A stretch of 24,000 nucleotides of DNA from an uncultured archaeon. GTDB lineage: Archaea; Asgardarchaeota; Thorarchaeia; Thorarchaeales; Thorarchaeaceae. The stretch lies in NCBI GenBank assembly GCA_964558645.1, contig CAZLEV010000002.1, forward strand, positions 41,193 to 65,192. The letters run 5' to 3'. The notes under the pieces are model-generated. The model saw only the letters and a program-made list of their open reading frames with translations, was not told where the DNA came from and made no database searches. Within the stretch, counting starts at the first letter, position 1; each line of letters opens with the position of its first letter. Shown piece by piece: positions 14,409 through 22,632 of the stretch. Position numbers and translations under genes: made by a program.

Positions 14409-15779
14409 CTATGGCATGAGCCGGTCCCGATCTCTCGGAAGAAGTGTTGCCTCTCGGATATTCTCAATACCCAGCAGCTGCATTGTTAGTCTCTCGAGGC
14501 CAAGGCCAAATCCTCCATGTGGAGGGGCACCGAATTTGAAGGGCTCGAGATAGAAGGTGAAATGGTCCGGATTGAACCCCTTGGCCTTGAAGCGTTCCAC
14601 AAGTAAGTCATAGAGATGTATCCGTTGACCCCCTGTTGTGATCTCCATTCCCTTGTAGGTCAAATCGAAGCTCTCAGTCATGCCCTCATCCGTCATGCTG
14701 GGCATTGTATAGGCGGGGCGTAGTTCCAGAGGATACTGTGTGATGAAGACCATGTTGGTACCGAATCTCTCCGGAAAGACTTCACCAAGAATCCTCTCAC
14801 TCTCAGGATCTAGATCGTCTTCAATGGATATCTCTTTCCCCTCATCCCGAAGGATATCGATTGCCTCCGAGTACTTGATTCGTTTGAAGGGAAGAGAGGG
14901 TACTTCCAGCTCTACCCCAAGAAGCTCCAGTTCAGTGGATGCGGTTTCAGCGGTCTTCTGGAAGGCATAGTGGAGCATCTTCTCTTCCACTTCCATGATG
15001 TCTTCTACACTGCTGATCCAGGCCATTTCCAAGTCGAATGATGTGTATTCGTTGACATGACGGCGTGTATTGTGCTTCTCTGCTCGGAAGACTGGCCCAA
15101 TCTCAAAGACCTTGCCAAAGCCAGCAAGGAGCATGAGCTGTTTGTAGAACTGTGGGCTCTGCGCCAGATAGGCAGGTCTGTCGAAGTACTTGATTTCGAA
15201 GAGGTTCGCACCACCCTCTGTAGACTCAGCCACTATCTTTGGTGTATGGATCTCCACAAATCCATCCCTCTCAAGGTATTCTCGGGAGAATCTTGCAAGA
15301 CTGTGCTGCACTCTGAACACTGCATTGACGCGAGGTTTCCGTAGGTCAAGAATCCTATAGTTCAGCCTCGTGTCAAGGTCGATGTCCACTTTGTCCTCGA
15401 CAACATCAATTGGTAGCCGCTCCGATGTATTGATCACCTTGAGCGAACTAGGAATGATCTCTATGCCAGACTCTGTGTGCTTCGTTGCAACTACTTCCCC
15501 AATAACCTCGACAGCATACTCAGAGCCAAGACTGTCAGAGACCTCGAATACCTCAGAGGTGACTTTCTTCTTAGGTATGGTGACCTGGATCAGACCGCGT
15601 TCGTCTCTGAGGATGAGAAACTTGATTCCACCCTTATCACGGAGAATATGAACCCAGCCGAAGAGAACCACCGTTTCGCCCACATTGTCGGGACTCAGTT
15701 CGATGGTGTAGTGAGTCCTTTCGGCACTAATAGGTTGCACACCTGCATCTTCATAGAACTTCATTACTGCACCTCGCAT
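14409..15779 (-). CDS. aspS: Aspartate--tRNA ligase, archaeal/eukaryotic type (class IIb)
   Basis: N-terminal OB fold ('GWVHILRDKGGIKFLILRDERGLIQV'), class II motif 2 'FRAEKHNTRRHVNEYTSFDLEM', motif 3 'GGFGLGLERL', and the C-terminal 'LPRDRDRLMP' typical of archaeal AspRS. A second ATG at 15764 has a better SD (GAGGTG, 5-nt spacer). Confidence 0.93.
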   Translation of the reverse strand: MRGAVMKFYEDAGVQPISAERTHYTIELSPDNVGETVVLFGWVHILRDKGGIKFLILRDERGLIQVTIPKKKVTSEVFEVSDSLGSEYAVEVIGEVVATKHTESGIEIIPSSLKVINTSERLPIDVVEDKVDIDLDTRLNYRILDLRKPRVNAVFRVQHSLARFSREYLERDGFVEIHTPKIVAESTEGGANLFEIKYFDRPAYLAQSPQFYKQLMLLAGFGKVFEIGPVFRAEKHNTRRHVNEYTSFDLEMAWISSVEDIMEVEEKMLHYAFQKTAETASTELELLGVELEVPSLPFKRIKYSEAIDILRDEGKEISIEDDLDPESERILGEVFPERFGTNMVFITQYPLELRPAYTMPSMTDEGMTESFDLTYKGMEITTGGQRIHLYDLLVERFKAKGFNPDHFTFYLEPFKFGAPPHGGFGLGLERLTMQLLGIENIREATLLPRDRDRLMP

Positions 15780-15856
15780 TGGGACTAGTCAAGTCGGGAG
15801 TTAACAGATTATGAGGCTTTTGGCTCGTCGCTCGTACCTCAGACTTGGGTTGTGGG

Positions 15857-16090
15857 CTAGAAAGGCGTTTCCGTGAGCTCATATACTGTCATCCTTCCGT
15901 CTTCAGCATGCCCCTCTTCCTTGACCAGACCCAGATCCTTCAGTCGGCTCAGGCCATAGTTGACCGTTCGAGGGGGCAAGTAGGTTGTGGTGATCAAGTC
16001 CTGCCGCGACATGCGTCGCTCGCGCTTAAGCAGCACGTACAGGAATTTGGCGGAAGGAGGTAGTGACAAGAAAGAGCGACGGGCAAACAC
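15857..16090 (-). CDS. Small winged-helix (MarR/ArsR-like) transcriptional regulator
   Basis: 77 aa. 'AKFLYVLLKRERRMSRQDLITTTYLPPRTVNYGLSRLKDLGLVKEE' is an HTH plus wing. The GTG start is preceded by GGAGG with a 4-nt spacer. Confidence 0.65.
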   Translation of the reverse strand: MFARRSFLSLPPSAKFLYVLLKRERRMSRQDLITTTYLPPRTVNYGLSRLKDLGLVKEEGHAEDGRMTVYELTETPF

Positions 16091-16188
16091 GATTCCTCCA
16101 TTGAACTGTTGCCATGTCTATAGTAGACCTCCTTAGTTATGTTGCAGATTACCTTACGTTTTTCCATTTAAGGATTGCTTCCTAGGAA

Positions 16189-17535
16189 CTAAGACGGCTT
16201 TCTGAACACCAACACCCACTCGCCGTTCATTCTCTCTGGACGGGGAATCCTGATGAAATGTCTGATGAGGCCAGAGAAGAAGCGCTTCTCCAGCTCGAAC
16301 CCCGCACGTCTAACCGCTATTTCGGAGAGGATATCTTGAGAGGGAATCTCATGACCACGGATGACATTGTTGCCGATTACGACGCAATAGTGCGCATCAG
16401 GCCTCAAGACTCGACGCATCTCAAAGAATTGCTTCTCCATATCTTTGAAGAACTTGTATACGATATAGGATCGTCGGGGGTCAACTTCAAAGATAGCCTC
16501 GAGCAGTCGGTCAAGCGAATCCAGACCAGAAACACGGAGATTCTTGTAGTCCTCTTTGTAGACCGTTTCGGTCCCTATGTACTTCCGTTTCATCTGGGAG
16601 AGAGGACCGTCTGGAACCATGTCTAACCAGTACATCTCCAGCTGGTGGGTTCGCGGATAGTCTACCGCATTGATATAGGGTGGCGAGGTGACTGCAAGGT
16701 CGATAGACCGGCTTTCCAAGCCCGTTTCCGTTGCTGTGCTTCGTGGCAGAGTCGGTGATGGGAGGGCAGCCTCACTGCAGAGTGTCCAGAATTCGCTCAT
16801 TGTATCTATCTGTGCCTCAAGGGCTTCAGAGAACTCTTGCAGCGCTTCTCCAGGACTCATGTTGCGTATTTTCTTCTTGCGAATAACGGTTCGCGTACAA
16901 TGAGGATCGGCATTTGACACGCCACGAACGATTGAGGAGAATACTACTCGAAAGAAGTCGAACAGCCTGCCCTGCTCGTGTGTTTCAATCCCTCCAGCCC
17001 ATAGGTCACGATCTCTGATACACTCTAAGATAAGGCCCAGTTCCCGTAACACGTGAGACTGAAACCATGAATCACGATAGTGGAAATCCGGTATCGGTGG
17101 CCGATGTCCCGAAGCAAATCGCGCGTTCAATTCCTGGCTCAGGCGATCGGTTGCCAAGAAGAGCGTATCCGGGTTCAGAGCTGTTGTCTTGACGCGCGTG
17201 ACGAGACGGGCAATCGGATCAATATCTATACCAATCCCTCTCCTCTGGCCAAGCATAGCCTCCAATACAACCGTTCCGCTGCCACACATGGGATCTAGTA
17301 CTGAATCCATCCGATGGGAATACTTCCTAATCAAATATCGAGGTAACTCGGGGAAGAACTTGGCAGGAAACTTATGGATGCCATGAGTCAGATACGACTG
17401 GTCATTACTGATCACCAGAATGCGTGAACCATCAGGAATCTCGGTCTTCGGATCGATATCACCTTCAATCTCCAATAGACCATCATGTTCACTCGATGAG
17501 TCCTCTCCACAGCACGAGTCCGACGATATATCCAA
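16189..17535 (-). CDS. SAM-dependent DNA methyltransferase (N4-cytosine/N6-adenine type, SPPY catalytic motif)
   Basis: The motif X/I region is 'HKFPAKFFPELPRYLIRKYS...VLDPMCGSGTVVLEA...GIDIDP' near residue 80. Catalytic motif IV 'TSPPYINAVDY' is near residue 283, followed by 'MRRVLRPDAHYCVVIGNN'. The ORF is bounded upstream by a stop codon. The first usable start is the TTG at 17535, and there is no early ATG. Confidence 0.75.
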   Translation of the reverse strand: MDISSDSCCGEDSSSEHDGLLEIEGDIDPKTEIPDGSRILVISNDQSYLTHGIHKFPAKFFPELPRYLIRKYSHRMDSVLDPMCGSGTVVLEAMLGQRRGIGIDIDPIARLVTRVKTTALNPDTLFLATDRLSQELNARFASGHRPPIPDFHYRDSWFQSHVLRELGLILECIRDRDLWAGGIETHEQGRLFDFFRVVFSSIVRGVSNADPHCTRTVIRKKKIRNMSPGEALQEFSEALEAQIDTMSEFWTLCSEAALPSPTLPRSTATETGLESRSIDLAVTSPPYINAVDYPRTHQLEMYWLDMVPDGPLSQMKRKYIGTETVYKEDYKNLRVSGLDSLDRLLEAIFEVDPRRSYIVYKFFKDMEKQFFEMRRVLRPDAHYCVVIGNNVIRGHEIPSQDILSEIAVRRAGFELEKRFFSGLIRHFIRIPRPERMNGEWVLVFRKPS

Positions 17536-17664
17536 TGAATGTCAAGCTCCGTGGTCGACAGAGGGCAAAGAACTGCACGCAGTTATTAATCTAGCCGCAC
17601 TGTGGATGCGACCAAGGACTACGTCTTGAAGGACAATTCCTGCAAATACGGCAAACGTCGGAGT

Positions 17665-17684
17665 ATGCATTCAAAAGAATGCAT
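17665..17684. promoter_or_regulatory. Perfect hairpin/palindrome abutting a TATA-like element in the methylase / membrane-protein divergent region
   Basis: ATGCATTC-AAAA-GAATGCAT is immediately followed by 'TATAGTTATATT' (17684-17696), about 50 nt upstream of the ATG at 17743. Confidence 0.3.
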
Positions 17685-17742
17685 TATAGTTATATTCTCT
17701 TACTCCCTCAACAGACTTGCTCTCAAGAACGGAGTGAATGTA

Positions 17743-18078
17743 ATGGCAAAGAGTCAAGCTACGAAGATTGGTGAGCTGTTATGCCTCATAGGCGGACTCC
17801 TCGGTCTGCTATATGGGATTCTGCAGATATTGGGAATGGGTTTTGCTTTCCTTCCGGGTCTAGGTATAGGGGGTATTCTTGGTGGTCTGATCACCGGTAT
17901 AATCCTCATCATAATCTCTCTTGTTGTCTTGACAACAAGTGGAGTGATCAACATACCTGCTCTGAAATTGGAGAAGAACTGGATAATCATGTTGATTCTG
18001 GGAATCCTCCTCTACGTCTTCGGAGGCGGTCTGCCAGGAGTCTTGGTGATTGTCGGCGCCATCCTGATGCTGCTATAG
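17743..18078 (+). CDS. Small 4-TM membrane protein (paralogue family, member 1)
   Basis: 111 aa, Gly/Leu/Ile-rich, with four hydrophobic segments. The ATG at 17743 is preceded by GGAGTG. The upstream part of the track ORF (from 17602) is non-hydrophobic and lacks an RBS. It is clearly similar to the product of 19677-20063. Confidence 0.7.
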   Translation: MAKSQATKIGELLCLIGGLLGLLYGILQILGMGFAFLPGLGIGGILGGLITGIILIIISLVVLTTSGVINIPALKLEKNWIIMLILGILLYVFGGGLPGVLVIVGAILMLL

Positions 18079-18089
18079 AGAAGCACTGG

Positions 18090-18140
18090 TCCATACCACT
18101 GAGATAGGCTCACGGTATGGATCCTCTTTCTTTTTCTCTG
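18090..18140 (+). terminator. Hairpin followed by a T-rich tract after membrane-protein gene 1
   Basis: TCCATACC (18090-18097) pairs with GGTATGGA (18114-18121), with an inner TGAG/CTCA extension. The tract 'TCCTCTTTCTTTTTCTCTG' follows. A second perfect hairpin TCTATCCG-GAGT-CGGATAGA lies at 18141-18160 in the same convergent gap. Confidence 0.45.
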
Positions 18141-18192
18141 TCTATCCGGAGTCGGATAGAAGTTGTAACTAACCGTCAAAGGCTTTCTTCTT

Positions 18193-19548
18193 TCAGAGGT
18201 CAGTTGTTGACAGAGCCTTGTCAAGGCGTTCGGCCATATCATCAATCTGCTCTTTCGTAATCACGTAGCTGGGAGTGAACCGTATGCAGTTCTGCCCAGA
18301 ACCGAGGATCCATAGCTTCTGCTTCTGAACCAGATTCTTCACCAGCTTGTTTCGATAATCAACAGCCTTCTCCTTCGTCTTCGGATCCTTAACCAACTCG
18401 ATTCCAACCATCAGGCCCAACCCTCGAACATCGCCAATGACGTCATGCTTCTCTTTCAGTTCGTTTAGCCGTTGCATCAGGTAGTTGCCCATCTCAACAT
18501 TTCTATCGAGATATCCTCCATCTTCTATGTGTTTAAGATGCCAGAGTGCGATGAGAGACATCTTGGGTTCGGCAGAGAAGGTCTCAGAGTGACGAGCAGG
18601 TCCTGTGAACATAGGAGCAGGGCCAATAGAGGCACCCAAGGGATAGCCACCCCCCAACGCCTTCGCTAGTGCCACGTAGTCAGGCGCTATGTCGAAGTTC
18701 TCAATAGCACACCATTTCCCTGTTCGGCCCATTCCGGCCTGTACCTCATCCGATATCAAGTATGCACCAATGTCTTTTGTGACCTCATGGATGCCCTTCA
18801 CGGCCTTCTTCGGGGGCACAATCAACCCACCCTCACCGCATAGTGGTTCCATTACTGTCGCCGCAATGTCATTACCCTCAACTTGGAGCGCGTAACGTAG
18901 AGCCTCTACACACTCTATGTTGCAGTCCTCAACATTCTGTCCATAGGGGCAGCGATAGCAGTAAGGGTAGAACACACGAATCACGTCAACACCCTGAGGG
19001 TAGCCCACTTTGTGCTTGGAATTGGAGGCTGTGACGGCGAGCGCATATCCAGTTCGTCCATGAAACGCGGGACGAAAACCGATGAATCGGCCCTTCTTGC
19101 TCAAGTCCATGGACGACTTCATACAGCCCTCTACGGCACGCCCACCCGATGTTGTGAAAGTCACCCGTTTCGTACTATTGCCGGGCATCAATGAGATAAG
19201 CCTCTCGGCCAGTAGAGTCTGAGGTATGGCATCAAAGTCCATCCCCGGTAGCTCCTTGATGACATCGTTGACCCGTATCTCGAAGTCCATGAAGGGCTTG
19301 TATCGGAGGCCAAGTGCGCGAACCGCCACCCCGCCGGTCATGTCAAGGTACTTTGTGCCCTCTATATCATAGAGATCCAGCCCGTCACCCCTTGTATGAT
19401 CCAGACAGCCGTATATGTCACGTGCTTGAGTAGTGATTGCCAGAGCGTTCGCACCGCGTTCCTTCCAATAATCATTCGTCATCTTGTCTGGGCCAACATC
19501 CATGAAGCCCAATTCTTTCAAAATGTCAAAGTCCTTATCGTCCATCAT
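18193..19548 (-). CDS. Class-III PLP-dependent aminotransferase (GabT/ornithine/acetylornithine aminotransferase family)
   Basis: 'YLISDEVQAGMGRTGKWCAIENFDIAPDYVALAKALGGGYPLG' carries the DEVQ-G-GRTG motif and the PLP lysine in 'LAKALGG'. 'FHGRT' and 'TTSGGRAVEGCMK' are also present. Substrate specificity cannot be called from sequence alone. Confidence 0.9.
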   Translation of the reverse strand: MMDDKDFDILKELGFMDVGPDKMTNDYWKERGANALAITTQARDIYGCLDHTRGDGLDLYDIEGTKYLDMTGGVAVRALGLRYKPFMDFEIRVNDVIKELPGMDFDAIPQTLLAERLISLMPGNSTKRVTFTTSGGRAVEGCMKSSMDLSKKGRFIGFRPAFHGRTGYALAVTASNSKHKVGYPQGVDVIRVFYPYCYRCPYGQNVEDCNIECVEALRYALQVEGNDIAATVMEPLCGEGGLIVPPKKAVKGIHEVTKDIGAYLISDEVQAGMGRTGKWCAIENFDIAPDYVALAKALGGGYPLGASIGPAPMFTGPARHSETFSAEPKMSLIALWHLKHIEDGGYLDRNVEMGNYLMQRLNELKEKHDVIGDVRGLGLMVGIELVKDPKTKEKAVDYRNKLVKNLVQKQKLWILGSGQNCIRFTPSYVITKEQIDDMAERLDKALSTTDL

Positions 19549-19676
19549 CTACACAATCCACGAAATCGACACGAGCTGCAAGATGGCACCCCTATTATCT
19601 AATTTGCTATGCCGGCCACCTCAGACAACACTGGAGCCAAGGAACGAGAATCCATTTGACTCAGACAATGCACAGC

Positions 19677-20063
19677 CTAATCGGGCGGATGATAGATACG
19701 ACTCTGCAGAACGGCTCCAAGGACTATGAGTATCGCTCCGATGTGCCCACCAAAGAGCATCATTATGAAACCAATCACAAGAAGAGACTGCCAAGCTCTG
19801 GTTGGTCGGATGAAATCCAAGTGGATACTGCCTCGTGTCCGGAGGACAATCACAGAGAGAATCACCAGTACTAAGCCCTGCAGGATGGATCCCAGGCCGA
19901 GAAAGATCACGCTCAAATCGATATATGGAATACCGAAGCTGACGAACACTCCGAAGTTGAGGAGGAAGAGTGCGCCAATCACTAGATCAATACCTCCTCC
20001 CGTCAGGACCATGACTTCACCGATGCGAAGAGCATCATTCTCTGAACTGTTAACCGGAATCAC
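19677..20063 (-). CDS. Small 4-TM membrane protein (paralogue family, member 2)
   Basis: 'RIGEVMVLTGG', 'ILSVIVLRTRG' and 'FGGHIGAILIVLGAVL' align with 'KIGELLCLIGG', 'IISLVVLTTSG' and 'FGGGLPGVLVIVGAIL' of member 1. I prefer the GTG at 20063, which forms a GTGA start/stop overlap with the upstream gene. The track ATG at 20147 would overlap that gene by 88 nt. Confidence 0.65.
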   Translation of the reverse strand: MIPVNSSENDALRIGEVMVLTGGGIDLVIGALFLLNFGVFVSFGIPYIDLSVIFLGLGSILQGLVLVILSVIVLRTRGSIHLDFIRPTRAWQSLLVIGFIMMLFGGHIGAILIVLGAVLQSRIYHPPD

Positions 20064-20443
20064 CCACGCGGACTGCTTCTCGTCATTATAAGAAGACCTG
20101 CGATGAGGAACATAAGGCCAGCAAGCATGCCAATATTCTGAAGCCAAGACAGTATGTCAAAGTTAAGCCCTCGGCCAACTATGACAATGGAAAGAAATCC
20201 AAAGAGAGCAAGTAAAGCCCCGCTCCGTCTGATCTTCCAGTAGATGAATCCACATGCGTCTATTCCCAGCAATGCCATAAGCAGCAAGAGAATACCGAGA
20301 ACAGTGTTGATGACTCCATCGAAGCTACCACCCAGAGCCGCGTTGAGTCCCGGAATAAGTAGCTGGAATAGAGCGAACACAATAAGCACTATTGCTCCTA
20401 GCAATGTATATCCTTGTGCAGCACCTTCAGCTTTCGCACCCAT
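20060..20443 (-). CDS. Small 4-TM membrane protein (more divergent, same architecture)
   Basis: 127 aa with four hydrophobic segments. The ATG at 20443 is preceded by AGGAGAG with a 7-nt spacer. It appears translationally coupled to the next membrane gene. Confidence 0.65.
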   Translation of the reverse strand: MGAKAEGAAQGYTLLGAIVLIVFALFQLLIPGLNAALGGSFDGVINTVLGILLLLMALLGIDACGFIYWKIRRSGALLALFGFLSIVIVGRGLNFDILSWLQNIGMLAGLMFLIAGLLIMTRSSPRG

Positions 20444-20605
20444 CGTTTATCTCTCCTGATTTACCCGATATCGAATGAAAGGAAGTCACAGAAGATATAG
20501 TTTCCGAAAGTCTGGCTGTCCAGACCCGTTCATGTGTGAATTACTAGCGTAATACTCGGAGTTGTATTTCCAAAATGCCTGAGTTCATCTGCATTTTACT
20601 CTGAG

Positions 20606-21484
20606 GTGGCCATAACGAAATACGATTCCTACCGCGAAGAGCGAGACAGTGAGCGACCAGTTAGACTCGACAGAACAGAAGGATTCGTGGTAATCGAGGG
20701 AAAGGCCTACCCTGCGAGAGAGCTCGTTGAGGCTCTAGCCCAGAGTGGATATGCCGAACTCAGAGCAAACGGCGACTCGCTTGTCCTTGGTAGAAAGAGG
20801 ATAACGCCCATTTTTAAGTCAAGCCAAGAGAGGGCCATGGCATCGCTGTGTCATGGAAGCCCGGCATATTGTTGTCCCCTTTCAAAACGTTGTGCAGAGC
20901 GGGACCGCGCTCTTGAGGTGCTGAGTCTGACCAAGGAGGATTACGAGCAGCTCAAGAATGGTTCCCACTCCATGTTCATGGACGCATCAAAAGGATTCAG
21001 CCCAACAGGCAGCCAGTGGAATTATGACGTTAACGGGCGTTCCGTGAATAGACCGGCCATCGACACTGGATTTGGCTCTGATGACTACAGGCGCGATTTC
21101 GATACTCTGGACCGCGCACTTCAAGACCGCGACCGCAGAGAACCCTCAAGTGAGAGTCGATATCGAGATGGGCTGAATAGGCAAGAATCACCACGAGCAG
21201 CATCCAGGTACCTTGATCGAGACAGAGAACCAATCAAGGAGGTTCCTTTGGATAGACGCCGATTCGAGGATTATGGAAGAAGTGGGAGCGGTTCATTCGG
21301 TGGCTGCAACCTGAATACAGATGAGTCAGTTGAGGGGTTAGGAGCCCTCTTCACTCAAGGGGAGTTGAGCCCATTCAACGAGGAGATGGAGGGTGAACAA
21401 TCACGACCTTCTTTCTGTTTCTCCTGTGGGCGAACCATAGAGAGGGGGACAGGTAGATGCCCATATTGTGGAGCTTCTCAATAG
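20606..21484 (+). CDS. Hypothetical protein with an R/D-rich disordered centre, an internal Cys cluster and a C-terminal zinc ribbon
   Basis: 292-aa ORF with a GTG start. It contains 'CHGSPAYCCPLSKRC', a low-complexity stretch 'DYRRDFDTLDRALQDRDRREPSSESRYRDGLNRQESPRAASRYLDRDRE', and the terminal 'CFSCGRTIERGTGRCPYCG'. The start codon is uncertain. Confidence 0.5.
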   Translation: MAITKYDSYREERDSERPVRLDRTEGFVVIEGKAYPARELVEALAQSGYAELRANGDSLVLGRKRITPIFKSSQERAMASLCHGSPAYCCPLSKRCAERDRALEVLSLTKEDYEQLKNGSHSMFMDASKGFSPTGSQWNYDVNGRSVNRPAIDTGFGSDDYRRDFDTLDRALQDRDRREPSSESRYRDGLNRQESPRAASRYLDRDREPIKEVPLDRRRFEDYGRSGSGSFGGCNLNTDESVEGLGALFTQGELSPFNEEMEGEQSRPSFCFSCGRTIERGTGRCPYCGASQ

Positions 21485-22530
21485 TTGCCTATTGCGGCTT
21501 CGCGACGTGTTGAGTAGTCCGCCGGATAGTGGAAGCTTGTTATGAGTCGGCTGATACCTGCATCTTGCGCAATTGCCTTCATCTCCTGCACCTGGCCCAT
21601 CTCACTGACTCCCCATCTGAATAGTGACACATGTCCTCCGCGTCGCTCGAACTCCTTGACAAAATACAGTGACTCAACGAGCTCCGAGTACTCCTTGCTC
21701 CCTTTGCCGGGAAGAAGCGGGGACCAGGGATAGAGGTTGATCAGCAGGTTTCCCGTGATATCGTTGATTCGAGAATAGTCATAGCCATACTCGTTCTTCC
21801 CTCCTTCTGCAAGGCCTGTTTCAGGATCCATCAGAATCTCAACGGTAATCCTCAGGGGGTTCTCTCGTCCAACCATTTCATCGGCATCTCTTGCGGCGTC
21901 CTGTAAGTATGTGATGCCCTGCATTACTTTGTCTGTTCTCCAGCTGTGCCACTTGCTGTGATAGTCAGGATTCTCAATGATATACTGATAGCTCAATCGT
22001 TCAGGTTCCTGATTCACCATGGGCGCAAATTCATTCCTGCAGCGGTCACAGAAGCAGAACTGATCTCTTATGAAACCGGTGCCGAACAAGAGAATCTCGT
22101 TGACTGGATATGACCCCATCTCCTTCACAATTTCTGCGCCATACTGCCAGAACTCTTCTCGGTTAGGGCAGATCTGATGGCTCATTGCGTTCCCCCGTGC
22201 ATTGACGGTCTGATATTTCGGGTCACGACCGAACCAAGCATCTGTGTAGAAGTCCATACTCAAAGCGGAATTCAGTTCGAGAGCGTCCGCAAGAGTGACC
22301 CAGTCGTCGAAGAACTTGGAATGTTCCTCATCGACGGGTGCAGTTCTGCTTGGATATATCGTATGTCCATCTGGGCGCTTGCCCACAAGCCCCGCCCCCT
22401 GCATATAAGAGGCGAACGTGGACATGAACTCCTTGGCTTCCATCTCTACATCTTCAGGTCGAAACACGACGAGTAGATCACTCATCAAGAATTCTCTATA
22501 GTTCAGCTTCATCTTTGAATCCCCGGGCAC
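21478..22530 (-). CDS. Putative TIM-barrel glycoside-hydrolase-like protein (GH42/GHL-type Cys cluster)
   Basis: 350-aa ORF. 'ICPNREEFWQYGAEIVKEM' and 'GFIRDQFCFCDRCRNEF' resemble the CP-N...and CxC..C..F signatures of GH42-like/GHL families. The start is GTG at 22530 or ATG at 22512. The function is tentative. Confidence 0.45.
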   Translation of the reverse strand: MPGDSKMKLNYREFLMSDLLVVFRPEDVEMEAKEFMSTFASYMQGAGLVGKRPDGHTIYPSRTAPVDEEHSKFFDDWVTLADALELNSALSMDFYTDAWFGRDPKYQTVNARGNAMSHQICPNREEFWQYGAEIVKEMGSYPVNEILLFGTGFIRDQFCFCDRCRNEFAPMVNQEPERLSYQYIIENPDYHSKWHSWRTDKVMQGITYLQDAARDADEMVGRENPLRITVEILMDPETGLAEGGKNEYGYDYSRINDITGNLLINLYPWSPLLPGKGSKEYSELVESLYFVKEFERRGGHVSLFRWGVSEMGQVQEMKAIAQDAGISRLITSFHYPADYSTRREAAIGNY

Positions 22531-22632
22531 CGGAATATCACATTCGGTTATGGCTCAGATTGTCACAAGGTCTGGAGTGGGCTATAAGAATTTCTTAGTC
22601 GGACTGTTTCCAGAATGAAAGGCTCAAGGAGG

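Noticed and set aside
13617-17535. The PD-(D/E)xK protein and the SPPY methyltransferase as a restriction-modification pair
   Set aside because: They are on opposite strands and separated by aspS and a wHTH gene, about 1.9 kb apart. There is no evidence of co-transcription, so I treat them as independent.
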